64,000 nucleotides of DNA, from assembly GCA_963733035.1 (NCBI GenBank), contig CAVTBU010000007.1, positions 224,001-288,000 on the forward strand, written 5' to 3'. Numbering within the stretch: the stretch's first letter is position 1; each line of letters opens with the position of its first letter. Positions 10,831 to 20,482 of the stretch are shown piece after piece. The notes beneath the pieces were generated by a model, which was not told the origin of the DNA, did no database searches, and saw only the letters and a list, made by a program, of their open reading frames with translations. This stretch comes from Pirellulales bacterium (GTDB lineage: Bacteria > Planctomycetota > Planctomycetia > Pirellulales > PALSA-1355). Made by a program: the position numbers and the translations under genes.

Positions 10831-11145
10831 ATGGCCCTAGCCGAAGAGACGATTCGCGAGGCCCTCAAACAGGTCATCGACCCGGAGTTGTTCGTCAACG
10901 TCGTCGACCTGGGGCTGATTTACCTCGTCGAAGTCGAGGAAGTCGACGACAAGAGCAACATCAAGGTCGAGATGACCATGACCAGCCCGGCGTGCCCCGC
11001 CGGCCCGCAACTGGTTGCCTCGGCGCAGAAAGTGCTCGGCGGCCTGGAAGGGGTCGGCACCGTCGAAGTCAAAGTCGTGATGGTTCCTCCCTGGACTCCC
11101 GACCGCATGACCGAAGATGCCCGCGACCAGTTGGGAATCTTTTGA
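10831..11145 (+). CDS. SufT/DUF59 metal-sulfur cluster assembly factor
   Basis: LKQVIDPEL, VVDLGLIY, TSPACP, PPWTPDRM. Confidence 0.93.
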   Translation: MALAEETIREALKQVIDPELFVNVVDLGLIYLVEVEEVDDKSNIKVEMTMTSPACPAGPQLVASAQKVLGGLEGVGTVEVKVVMVPPWTPDRMTEDARDQLGIF

Positions 11146-11216
11146 TGGGCGGTTCATAGTTCCGAACGAGACCGTCTGACTCACTGGCACCGCGTCCGCG
11201 AAAACCTGCCCGGACC

Positions 11217-12245
11217 ATGCGAATTTTCCTCTACGAGTTCGTCACGGGCGGCGGTTGGCATCACGGCTCGGAAGATCCTCCACCCGACTCACTGCTGGCC
11301 GAAGGCCTCGCGATGGTCACGAGCTTGGCGGCCGACTTCGCGGCGGTTGACGACATTGAGGTCGACCTGCTGTGCGATGTTCGTTTGCCCGAGATCACAA
11401 TCCCCGGAGTATGCGTTCATCCGCTCACACGCCCCGCGGCCGAAACGGGCGCGCTGGAGGAACTGGCCAGTGCGGCCGATTGGACCGTGCTGATTGCCCC
11501 CGAGTTCGACGAGCACTTGCTCTCGCGGACGCGCGCCGTCGAGCGCGCCGGAGGCCGGCTACTTTCACCGTCGTCGCAAGTTGTGTCGCTTACTTCCGAC
11601 AAACACGCCACGGCCGAGTACCTGCTGAGACACGGTCTGCCGGTTCCGCGCGGCATCGCGCTTGAACCCGGTGAAATGCTGCCGGATGACTTTTCCTATC
11701 CCGCCGTGCTCAAACCACGCGACGGTGCCGGGTCGCTCGGCATCGAATGGATTCCCACTCGGCCGGCGGGGCGTACCGCGATCAATAGGCCGGCAAGGCT
11801 TGAGGCCTTTTGTCCCGGCACCGCGGCCAGTGTGGCGTGCCTGTGCGGTCCAAACGCCGTCGTGCCGCTCGAACCATGTTTGCAGCTTCTCGCTGGAAAT
11901 GGAGACTTTTCGTACCTCGGCGGCCGTTTACCTATCAATCCAGAATTGTCGCTGCGCGCCCGGCGATTGGCTCAGCGAGCTGTTCGCACCCTGCCGAATG
12001 CAAACGGATATTTGGGCGTCGACATCGTCTTGGGAAGCGATCCGGCGGGCAGCGGCGACGTCGTGATCGAAATCAATCCGCGGCTAACCACGTCGTTCGT
12101 TGGCCTGCAAGCCCTGTCTCGCGTCAATTTGGCGGGTGCCATGATTGCCATAGCCCAGGGAAGCGATGCCGAGTTATGCTGGAACTCGGCACCGATTCAT
12201 TTCACTTCCTCGGGCAGTTGCGGGCCGGTTCCCGTGAGCGATTAG
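11217..12245 (+). CDS. ATP-grasp ligase, MfnD-like (tyramine--glutamate ligase family)
   Basis: MRIFLYEFVTGGG, LIAPEFD, KPRDGAGS, IEINPRLTTS; clustered with MfnF/MfnE-like genes. Confidence 0.8.
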   Translation: MRIFLYEFVTGGGWHHGSEDPPPDSLLAEGLAMVTSLAADFAAVDDIEVDLLCDVRLPEITIPGVCVHPLTRPAAETGALEELASAADWTVLIAPEFDEHLLSRTRAVERAGGRLLSPSSQVVSLTSDKHATAEYLLRHGLPVPRGIALEPGEMLPDDFSYPAVLKPRDGAGSLGIEWIPTRPAGRTAINRPARLEAFCPGTAASVACLCGPNAVVPLEPCLQLLAGNGDFSYLGGRLPINPELSLRARRLAQRAVRTLPNANGYLGVDIVLGSDPAGSGDVVIEINPRLTTSFVGLQALSRVNLAGAMIAIAQGSDAELCWNSAPIHFTSSGSCGPVPVSD

Positions 12246-12249
12246 TTCT

Positions 12250-13260
12250 ATGAAATGGCTGGCTCTCGACATCGGAGGCGCCAATCTCAAGGCTGCTGAC
12301 GGCAATGGTTTTGCCGTTTCGCAGCCGTTTCCAATGTGGCAAAACTCGGGGCGTCTCGTCGACGCGCTGCGAACCTTGATTGCGCTTGTCCCGCGCGTAA
12401 CCCACATTGCCGCCACGATGACCGGTGAGCTGGCGGATTGCTTTGAGACAAAAACCGAGGGCGTGAAGTTCATTCTGAATGCGCTGTCGGTTGCAGCGGA
12501 TGGCAAGCATACCCGCGTCTACTTGACCAACGGCCGCTTGGTTTCATTGCAAGTCGCGCAGAAACAGCCGCTGTTGGCCGCCGCCTCGAATTGGCACGCG
12601 CTGGCAAGTTTTGCCGGGCGTTACGTCACCGACGGTGTGGGTCTGTTGTTTGATGCCGGCTCGACGACATGCGACTTGATACCGCTGGTCGACGGTCAGC
12701 CCGTGACGATCGGCAAGGCCGACACCAATCGCATGATCAACGGCGAGTTGATCTACACCGGCGTGCAGCGCACGCCCGTTTGCGCCATCGCACAGCTCGT
12801 TCCCTGGCGCGGCCGCAAATGTCCGATTGCCCACGAAGTCTTCGCCACGATGTGGGATGTCTACCTCACGCTCGGCGAATTGCCCGAGGAACCGAATCGA
12901 AAGGACACGGCCGATCGTCGTCCAGCGACCAAGGCCGGGGCTCGCGATCGCCTGGCGCGTGCGATTTGCGCGGACCGCGAGACATTCAGCGAGCAGGACG
13001 CCCTGGCGATGTCGACCGCACTGGCCGACGCACAGGTCAAGAAGATCGCCGCCATCATCACGCAACTGATCGCCCGGCTACCCCAGCCCCCACATACCAT
13101 CGTCGTCTCTGGGCAGGGAGATTTCCTGGCACGCCGCGTGCTCGAAAAGGCGAAGATCAAGTCGAGCCTTGTGGCGCTGGCCCGCGAATTGGGATCGGAG
13201 CTATCGCAATGTGCCCCCGCGCATGCACTAGCGGTGCTGGCCCGTGAAGGGCCGAAATAG
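12250..13260 (+). CDS. Hydantoinase/oxoprolinase-family C1-transfer pathway protein (Orf9/MfnF-like)
   Basis: LDIGGANLKAA, TMTGELADCF, AASNWHA, DAGSTTCDLIP, GELIYTGVQRTP. Confidence 0.85.
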   Translation: MKWLALDIGGANLKAADGNGFAVSQPFPMWQNSGRLVDALRTLIALVPRVTHIAATMTGELADCFETKTEGVKFILNALSVAADGKHTRVYLTNGRLVSLQVAQKQPLLAAASNWHALASFAGRYVTDGVGLLFDAGSTTCDLIPLVDGQPVTIGKADTNRMINGELIYTGVQRTPVCAIAQLVPWRGRKCPIAHEVFATMWDVYLTLGELPEEPNRKDTADRRPATKAGARDRLARAICADRETFSEQDALAMSTALADAQVKKIAAIITQLIARLPQPPHTIVVSGQGDFLARRVLEKAKIKSSLVALARELGSELSQCAPAHALAVLAREGPK

Positions 13261-13325
13261 CAGCTACGCGAGGCACAATGGCTCGCCCGCGCAACACCGC
13301 GGCGGGCGGAACTTACGAGTGAACC

Positions 13326-13925
13326 ATGACTCCAACGCAAGTTCGCGTCATCAAGCTCGGAGGCAGCCTGCTCGATTGGCAGGAGTTGCCGACCCGTTTT
13401 CGCCGGTGGTTGGCCCTGCAAGAGCCGGCAACCAATGTGCTGATCGTCGGCGGCGGTCCCGTTGTCGAAGGTCTGCGCACGATCGACCGCGTGCATCGGC
13501 TATCGATCGAAGCCTCTCACTGGCTGGCGATCCGTGCGATGAGCCTTACGGCTCAAGTCGCGGTGGAGCTTTTCCCCGAAGCGGGGCTCATCGACGCTTT
13601 GGCGCAAGTCGATCGCACTTCCGGCGGCGCGCTCCAGATCCTCGACGTCGAACCCTTCCTGCGGGCAGAGCAGGGGAGTGCCGGCGCACTGCCGTGCGGC
13701 TGGGACGTGACGAGCGACTCAATCGCTGCCCGCGTGGCGGTAAGTCTCGATACCGCGACGCTCGTCCTGCTGAAGTCGGCGCTTCCCGTGGCTGGTGCGG
13801 AGAGCGCTGCGGCAATGAAAAACTATGTCGATGCGTACTTCTCGACCGCGGCTCGAGGCCTGACCGTACGTTTTGTGAATCTTCGCGACGAGCGATTCGG
13901 GCAGGTCGAACTGCGCTTCGATTAA
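13326..13925 (+). CDS. Amino-acid-kinase family protein (Orf21/MfnE-like)
   Basis: VIKLGGSL, IVGGG, HWLAIRAM, WDVTSDSIAA, LVLLKS. Confidence 0.8.
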   Translation: MTPTQVRVIKLGGSLLDWQELPTRFRRWLALQEPATNVLIVGGGPVVEGLRTIDRVHRLSIEASHWLAIRAMSLTAQVAVELFPEAGLIDALAQVDRTSGGALQILDVEPFLRAEQGSAGALPCGWDVTSDSIAARVAVSLDTATLVLLKSALPVAGAESAAAMKNYVDAYFSTAARGLTVRFVNLRDERFGQVELRFD

Positions 13926-15268
13926 CGTATCTCCAGCTGCGATGGCGGCACCACCAGGTTCGCTTCGTGCTCGGCGACCAGCTTGCGGATGTCGGAGATC
14001 ACTTCCGGGTGATCCTTGCCAACGTCGTATTTTTCGGAGGGATCGTGTTCGAGGTTGAACAGCAGCGGCGGATCGTGCACCTCGGGCTTGGGCTGAAAGT
14101 AGCCGGCTTGGGTCATGAAATGAGCCTTCCAAGGCCCCAGCCGGGCTGCCATTAGTTTTCGCCCGCGATAATAGAGCATCGATTTTCGCGGACTTTCGCC
14201 GGTGCCCAGCAGCACCGGGCGCAAGTCGTACGAGTCGAGAGTGCGGTCGGTGGGCGGCTCGGTTGCGAGCAAGGCACAGATGGTAGCCATCAGATCGGTC
14301 GTGCAACCCAATTCAGCCGAGGTGCGTCCGGCGGGAATTGTGCCCGGCCACCAGGCAATCGACGGTTCGCGCATGCCCCCTTCCCAGGTACTCCCCTTTC
14401 CGCCGCGCAGCAGGCCCGCCGAACCACCGTCCTGATTGCGAATCAGCCAAGGACCGTTATCGCTGGTAAAGAACACGAACGTGTTTTCGGCCAATTCCAG
14501 CTCGCGGAGGGTGTCGAGCACCTGTCCAACGCTCCAGTCGAGCTCCGACACCACATCGCCATACAGTCCGCGGCGGCTGGTATCTTTGAACTTTTCGGAG
14601 GCGAACAGCGGAGTGTGCGGGAAGTTATGTGGCAGGTAAAGCAAGAACGGACGGTCGCGGTTTTGGCGAATGAAGCTCACCGCTTCGGCCGTGTAGCGAG
14701 CCGTCAGAGTCGTCTGATCGACCGGGTCCTCGATCACGCTCGCCCCGCGCAACAGCGTGGTCGGTTTCATGTCGTTGCTGTAGGGAATCCCGTAGTACGA
14801 GTCGAATCCTTGTGTCATCGGCAGAAACTTCGGCAAATGCCCGAGGTGCCATTTTCCAACGCAGCCGGTCGCGTAGTCCTTCGACTTGGCGACTTCGGCC
14901 AGCGTGATTTCCTCGTGAGGCAGGCCGCCGAGCGAATCAGTAAACAGTACGCGTTTGGTGTCGCTGCACATGCCGTTGCGAATTGGCAGGCGGCCGGTGA
15001 GCAGCGCCGCGCGGCTCGGCGTGCAGACGCACTCGGCCACGTAGAATTGCGTGAGCCTCACGCCTTCGCTGGCCATCCGATCCAAGTTCGGCGTTTGAAT
15101 CGTTGGATGTCCGAAGCACCCCAGATCGCCGTAGCCCAAGTCGTCGGCAAAGATAATCACGACGTTTGGCAGACGCTTTGGCTTTTCGTCCTTCTCATCT
15201 GCAACAGCCGCGGAGCCAAATACGGTCGCAACTGCAAGGCTAAGACCAAGAAGCAAACCACGATTCAT
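13922..15268 (-). CDS. Secreted Cys-type sulfatase
   Basis: Signal peptide; PNVVIIFADDLGYGD, CTPSRAALLTGR, GKWHLG, SDNGP. Confidence 0.95.
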   Translation of the reverse strand: MNRGLLLGLSLAVATVFGSAAVADEKDEKPKRLPNVVIIFADDLGYGDLGCFGHPTIQTPNLDRMASEGVRLTQFYVAECVCTPSRAALLTGRLPIRNGMCSDTKRVLFTDSLGGLPHEEITLAEVAKSKDYATGCVGKWHLGHLPKFLPMTQGFDSYYGIPYSNDMKPTTLLRGASVIEDPVDQTTLTARYTAEAVSFIRQNRDRPFLLYLPHNFPHTPLFASEKFKDTSRRGLYGDVVSELDWSVGQVLDTLRELELAENTFVFFTSDNGPWLIRNQDGGSAGLLRGGKGSTWEGGMREPSIAWWPGTIPAGRTSAELGCTTDLMATICALLATEPPTDRTLDSYDLRPVLLGTGESPRKSMLYYRGRKLMAARLGPWKAHFMTQAGYFQPKPEVHDPPLLFNLEHDPSEKYDVGKDHPEVISDIRKLVAEHEANLVVPPSQLEIR

Positions 15269-15370
15269 GTCGACACCGCCCAGGTACGTTTTGACTGGTA
15301 AGAACTGTAGGAAACAACGAAGCAGACCGCCGGCGGGTGCCTGGCTCGCATCCGTTGGCCATCGATGGTT

Positions 15371-16840
15371 CTATGCTAACACCGGGCACGTATCAAACCA
15401 TTGCCGTCCCTGCCGCTGCATCCATTCCCCGGCGTTTTCCGGGCCCCACAGACCCGGTTCGTAGATTTCGAGCGGCGGCCGGCCGATGTCGTGCCAGGCG
15501 GCCAGAATCGGGTCGATGATGCCCCAGGCCAACTCCACTTCGTCGCTGCGGGCAAACAAGCTGGCGTCTCCTTGAAATGCGTCCAGCAGCAGCCGCTCGT
15601 ACGCCTCGGGCATAACGCCGGAGAACTCGCGATTGAAATCGAACTCCAGGTCGGTCAGCCGCAACCTCATTCCCTGGTCGGGCACCTTGGTTTGAAAGTG
15701 CAACTGAATGCCTTCGGCCGGTTGGATCTGAATTACCAGCCGATTTGCTTCGCACAGGTCGGAGCAGCCGTTCGAAAAAACCATCGTGGGCGGATTGCGA
15801 AACTGAATCACGATCTGCGTTGTCCGGCAAGACATCGCTTTGCCGCTTCGCAGATAAAACGGCACGCCTTGCCATCGCCAGTTGTCCACCGCCAGCTTCA
15901 ATGTGGCAAACGTCGCCGTCTGGCTGTCTGCCGCGACGCCGGGTTCCTGACGGTAGCCGTCGTACTGGCCGCGCAACGTGTCGATGGCCACTTGATCGGC
16001 CGACAGCGGGTTGATCGCCCGCAGCACCTTGACCTTCTCGTCGCGCACGGCGTCGGCCTCGAATCGCACAGGCGCTTCCATGGCCGTCATGGTGAGCAAT
16101 TGCAACAGGTGGTTCTGGAAAATATCGCGGAGTATGCCTGTCTCTTCGTAGAAGGCTCCGCGACGACCGACTTTCACTTCCTCCGCGACGGTGATCTGCA
16201 CGTGGTCGACGTAGTTGCGATTCCACACCGGTTCAAAGATGGTGTTGGCGAACCGCAGCACCAACATATTCTGCACCGTTTCCTTGCCCAGATAATGATC
16301 GATGCGGTACACCTGCCGCTCGGCAAAGACTTTGTGCACCACCTCGTTGAGCTCACCGGCGGTCTTGGCATCGCTGCCAAAAGGCTTTTCGATGACGATC
16401 CGCCGCGGACCATTTACCTCGTCGGCCAAACCGCTCGCGCCCAGCCGCTCGACGGCTTTCTCATAAAACTGCGGCGCGGTGGCCAGGTAGTAGACGCGTG
16501 TCAGGTCGCTCGTCTTGCCGGCGCTGCGTGCTTCCAACTCATTGAGCCGGGCATGCAGACCGTCGAAATCATCCTGTCGATTGATATCGCCTGCCTGGTA
16601 GTGCAGCAGCGGAGCGAATTTTTCCCAGGCGGCCGCGTCGAATTCCTTGCCCAGAAATTCCGACGTGCTCTCGTGCAGCGTTTTGCGCCATTGGTCGTCG
16701 CTGAATTTGGTCCGCGACAGGCCGACGATCTGCGTTTTTTCCGGCAATCGACCCTTGCGCGACAACTGATACAGAGCGGGAATCAGTTTGCGACTAGTCA
16801 GGTCGCCCGAGGCTCCAAAAATGACCAATGTGACTGCCAT
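15371..16840 (-). CDS. zwf: Glucose-6-phosphate 1-dehydrogenase
   Basis: IFGASGDL, EKPFG, RIDHYLGKETVQN, EAYERLLLDA; start taken at MAVTLVIF. Confidence 0.97.
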   Translation of the reverse strand: MAVTLVIFGASGDLTSRKLIPALYQLSRKGRLPEKTQIVGLSRTKFSDDQWRKTLHESTSEFLGKEFDAAAWEKFAPLLHYQAGDINRQDDFDGLHARLNELEARSAGKTSDLTRVYYLATAPQFYEKAVERLGASGLADEVNGPRRIVIEKPFGSDAKTAGELNEVVHKVFAERQVYRIDHYLGKETVQNMLVLRFANTIFEPVWNRNYVDHVQITVAEEVKVGRRGAFYEETGILRDIFQNHLLQLLTMTAMEAPVRFEADAVRDEKVKVLRAINPLSADQVAIDTLRGQYDGYRQEPGVAADSQTATFATLKLAVDNWRWQGVPFYLRSGKAMSCRTTQIVIQFRNPPTMVFSNGCSDLCEANRLVIQIQPAEGIQLHFQTKVPDQGMRLRLTDLEFDFNREFSGVMPEAYERLLLDAFQGDASLFARSDEVELAWGIIDPILAAWHDIGRPPLEIYEPGLWGPENAGEWMQRQGRQWFDTCPVLA

Positions 16841-16934
16841 GACCTGTCCGCAACGATTTTCAAAGAGTGGCTCCGCGGCGCGCGATGTCCGCCTCACTCG
16901 CGCGCCGGGAGTTTTGTGAAGCCCGCTGCCACCG

Positions 16935-17303
16935 CTAAGCGGCCAGCCCTTCGTTGATCCAGCTTTTGGCCTCGTCTAGATTGTTCTCGTGGAAGTACTT
17001 GATTGTCGCGGTGGTGAACGGCTTGCAGAACGTCGCCATGCCCGCTTCCCATTTGGCGTCGCCGACCATCGCCAGGCGTTCGATGTCGCGGAAGTGCTTG
17101 ATGTCGAACTTGATGTCTTCCCACAGGGCGGCCATTTCCCAGCCGTGGAAATCGTGCATGTGCAGCAGAATTCGCACTTTCCCGTGTTGCTTGATCAGTT
17201 CTTCGACTTTTGGCACGAAATGTTGATAATCTTCCTTCGCCAGTTTGCCACTGATGGTAACTCCGAGCACCTTGCCGCCGGCGTCTTCGTGAAGCGTGAG
17301 CAT
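16935..17303 (-). CDS. STAS/SEC14 (SpoIIAA-like) domain protein
   Basis: ISGKLAKEDY, GKVRIL, DFHGWEMAALWEDIKF, IERLAMVG, EAKSWI. Confidence 0.85.
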   Translation of the reverse strand: MLTLHEDAGGKVLGVTISGKLAKEDYQHFVPKVEELIKQHGKVRILLHMHDFHGWEMAALWEDIKFDIKHFRDIERLAMVGDAKWEAGMATFCKPFTTATIKYFHENNLDEAKSWINEGLAA

Positions 17304-17488
17304 GATGAACTCCTGCTTTTTGAAATTGGATAACTCACCGTCGGTCAAAATACCACTTGGCTCGTGAACCGGCAACTGCCACGCGTGCCCGGCAGCTCTC
17401 ATCTCGCACGTTGCGTTGCCGGTGGGCTTGGCGGCGCGCATAGTAGGGACTCGGTCGCCAGAAAACTCGAGCCGAGAGATCCACGTCG

Positions 17489-20305
17489 ATGCACGACGAA
17501 TCGTCCAACGCGCAAGACCCGTCCGCGCCCGAGGCAGCATATCGAGAGATCCGGTTTCGCCACTCGCGCGATTTTGCACGCATCCTTGCGGAATCGGGCG
17601 CCTCGCTGCTCGTCTCTACGTACCAGGCGGGCAAACTCGTCGTCGTTGGCACGGGCGAATCGGGTCTGCACCTGTCGATGCACAATTTCCAACAGGCGAT
17701 GGGACTCGCCCTGCACGAGCGCCAACTGGCCGTCGGCAGTCGGGGCGTCGTCTGGTTCTTACAAAATGCTCATGAATTTGCCCCGCGGCTCGACCCGCCG
17801 GGACGTTACGATGCCTGCTATCTGGCTCGACGTTCGTTTATCACGGGCAATATCCACGGCCACGAAATGGCCTGGGTCGGCGACGAATTGTGGCTGGTTA
17901 ACACGCTCTTCTCGTGCCTGTGCACCCTGCACGACGAGTACAGTTTCGTGCCCCGTTGGCAACCGCCATTCATTACGGAATTGGCAGGAAATGATCGCTG
18001 CCATTTGAACGGTCTGGCCCTGGACGGAGGTCGACCGAGGTTCGTCACAGTCATGGCTGCATCGAACGAGCCCGCCGGTTGGCGCCCTCACAAGGCGTCC
18101 GGTGGCTGCATCCTCGACGTCGATACGGGCCAGACGGTTTCGCACGGTCTGGCCATGCCGCACTCGCCACGCGTGCACGCCGGACGACTGTGGGTGCTCA
18201 ACTCCGGTTGCGGCACGCTCGAAGTCGTTGACCCGGCCAACGGACAGCGCCAGGTCGTCGATCGCATGCCGGGCTATACCCGGGGGCTGGCGTTTTGTGG
18301 ACACTTTGCGTTTGTGGGATTGTCGCGGATCCGCGAGACGGCCGTCTTTGGCGGCGTCCCAATTGCCGAGCAGCGCGAAGAATTGAAATGTGCCGTGGTC
18401 GTCCTCGACACGCGATCCGGACGTAGCGTCGCGTACCTCGAGTTTGAAACGGGCGTCGAGGAGATTTTCGACATTCAAGTCGTGCCCGGTGCCCGCTGCG
18501 CGTCGATTACCGGACCTTACCCGGTTGAGGACGATGCGTCCGACGTATGGGTCGTGCCGCCACCGGGCCAAGCGCTTCCCTTGAGGCCGCTCGCCGCGGC
18601 GGCCGGACGCGGCGATTCGAGCGTGTCCCAGTTCACCGATGACGACGTGACGGAAGTCGTCCGTTCCGGCCTGCACTTGCAAGAACAGGGGCACTTTGCC
18701 CACGCTGTCGAAGCTTTGCTGAATGCCGTGGCAGCTCGGCCGAACTCGCCACATCTGCACAACCATTTGGGTAATGCCTATCAGGATCTCGGACGACAGG
18801 ATTTGGCCGAGCAGTCCTACCGGCAGGCAATCGCCGTCGATGAAAAGTTTGCGCCGGCGCATCAAAACCTCGGTTATTTGCTGATCAATTTTGGCCGGTT
18901 GGACGAAGGGCTCGAACACCTGCAGCAGGCCCAGTCTCTTCAACCCGCGGACGTAAACCGCGTGATGCTGGCCACGGCGCTACCAATCGTTTATGAATCG
19001 GCGGACGACGTGGCTCGCCGTCGCGAGCATTTGGTGGGCAGCGTCGATCAGCTCGTGACCGATCGGGTGACAATCGACGCCAGCAACACGACGGTTCCCA
19101 CCAACTTCTTCTCAGCCTACGCCGGCTACGACGACTGCGACGTGCAGCGAAAGCTGGCCCGACTATTTCGCGTACCGCAGCCGGTCGCGCCGGGAAGGCG
19201 CTGGTCGAGCGGCAAGATTCACGTCGGCTTTCTATCTTCGCACTTCCACGACCACACGATTGGCCGGCTCAACCTCGGTCGGGTGAAACTGCTCGACCGC
19301 GACAAATTCCATGTGACGGTGATCGTGCTGGGCCATCATCGCGACTCGATGGCCGAGGAGTTTCGCCGCGTCGCCGACCGCCTGGTCGAGCCCTCGGGAC
19401 CGCTGGCGGCCATGCGCACGCAAATCGCCGAGTTGAACCTCGACGTATTGCTTTTCACCGATATCGGCATGAACACGACCACCTATAGTTTGGCGATGTC
19501 GCGGTTGGCCCCGGTGCAGTGCGTCACATGGGGGCATCCGGTGACTACTGGCTATCAGTCGCTGGACTATTTCATTTCCAGCGACTTGTTGGAAACTCGC
19601 GATGCGGAGATCCACTACTCCGAACGGCTCATTCGCCTGGCCAACCTCGGCACCTACTACTATCGGCCGCGGGCAGCCGGGGCCAGGTCGCGCGCCGATT
19701 GGGGGCTCGATCCCGAGCGGCACCTGTACTTCTGCGCACAAACCTTGTTCAAAATGCACCCGGATTTTGACGAGGTGCTGGCCGGTATCCTCCGCGGCGA
19801 CCCGGCGGGCGACCTGGTGCTGATCGAAGGCCGCCAACCGACCTGGACCCGCCTATTGCGTGGGCGATTTGAACGGGTGATGCCGGACGTTGCGCAGCGG
19901 ATCATCTTTTTGCCGCCGCAACCGAACGCCGATTTTCTCGATTTGAATGCCTCGGCCGACGTGCTGGTCGACACGCTGCATTTCGGTGGCGGCAACACAA
20001 GCTACGAGGGCCTGGCGGTCGGCACGCCAATTGTCACGCTGCCCGGCAAGTTCATGCGGGGTCGCATTACGCAAGCCCTGTATCGCAAGATGGGCTTGAC
20101 AGATTGTGTCGTTGAATCGCCTCAGCAATATGTGGATCTGGCAATACGTTTGGGAGTGGACGCCGACTATCGCCAGGCGATGAGCCGTCGCATTCTGGAT
20201 CGCTGCGGTGTGCTCTTCGAAGATCCGGACGAAGTCCGCGAGCTCGAACGGTTCTTTACCTGGGCGGCCCAGGGCGGATCGGGCACTTGGCAGCCCGCGC
20301 CCTAG
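17489..20305 (+). CDS. TIGR03032/DUF4915 domain-TPR-GT41 (O-GlcNAc transferase/SPINDLY-like) fusion protein
   Basis: N-term STYQAGKL, VNTLFSCLC, DRCHLNGLA, MPHSPR; TPRs NHLGNAY and HQNLGYLL; C-term HVGFLSSHFHDHTIG, RLAPVQCVTWGHPVTTG, DTLHFGGGNTSYE. Confidence 0.88.
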   Translation: MHDESSNAQDPSAPEAAYREIRFRHSRDFARILAESGASLLVSTYQAGKLVVVGTGESGLHLSMHNFQQAMGLALHERQLAVGSRGVVWFLQNAHEFAPRLDPPGRYDACYLARRSFITGNIHGHEMAWVGDELWLVNTLFSCLCTLHDEYSFVPRWQPPFITELAGNDRCHLNGLALDGGRPRFVTVMAASNEPAGWRPHKASGGCILDVDTGQTVSHGLAMPHSPRVHAGRLWVLNSGCGTLEVVDPANGQRQVVDRMPGYTRGLAFCGHFAFVGLSRIRETAVFGGVPIAEQREELKCAVVVLDTRSGRSVAYLEFETGVEEIFDIQVVPGARCASITGPYPVEDDASDVWVVPPPGQALPLRPLAAAAGRGDSSVSQFTDDDVTEVVRSGLHLQEQGHFAHAVEALLNAVAARPNSPHLHNHLGNAYQDLGRQDLAEQSYRQAIAVDEKFAPAHQNLGYLLINFGRLDEGLEHLQQAQSLQPADVNRVMLATALPIVYESADDVARRREHLVGSVDQLVTDRVTIDASNTTVPTNFFSAYAGYDDCDVQRKLARLFRVPQPVAPGRRWSSGKIHVGFLSSHFHDHTIGRLNLGRVKLLDRDKFHVTVIVLGHHRDSMAEEFRRVADRLVEPSGPLAAMRTQIAELNLDVLLFTDIGMNTTTYSLAMSRLAPVQCVTWGHPVTTGYQSLDYFISSDLLETRDAEIHYSERLIRLANLGTYYYRPRAAGARSRADWGLDPERHLYFCAQTLFKMHPDFDEVLAGILRGDPAGDLVLIEGRQPTWTRLLRGRFERVMPDVAQRIIFLPPQPNADFLDLNASADVLVDTLHFGGGNTSYEGLAVGTPIVTLPGKFMRGRITQALYRKMGLTDCVVESPQQYVDLAIRLGVDADYRQAMSRRILDRCGVLFEDPDEVRELERFFTWAAQGGSGTWQPAP

Positions 20306-20459
20306 CGGCCAGTTGAAAAACTCAACGGGCTGCGTCATCGCATGGACGCGATGACGGAATAGGCGACATAAGTCGTAATTTCACGAGCGGTGCCGAGCTT
20401 GGCTCCGCATTTCGCGAGGTTGAGAAATGCCACGAAGGCATTTCTCAACAGACTGCTAG
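20302..20459. mobile_element. MITE/REP-like non-autonomous element with CTAG ends
   Basis: CTAG at both ends; imperfect terminal inverted repeat (15/19 match including CTAG); two internal perfect hairpins. Confidence 0.6.
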
Positions 20460-20482
20460 ACCGCGGAAATATCGGCTGGCGA

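Noticed and set aside
15401..16957. 518-aa plus-strand ORF and similar long antisense ORFs (e.g. 17759-18943, 42052-43278, 59277-60353, 60522-61664)
   Set aside because: Shadow frames opposite well-supported genes; expected in GC-rich DNA and lacking recognisable motifs
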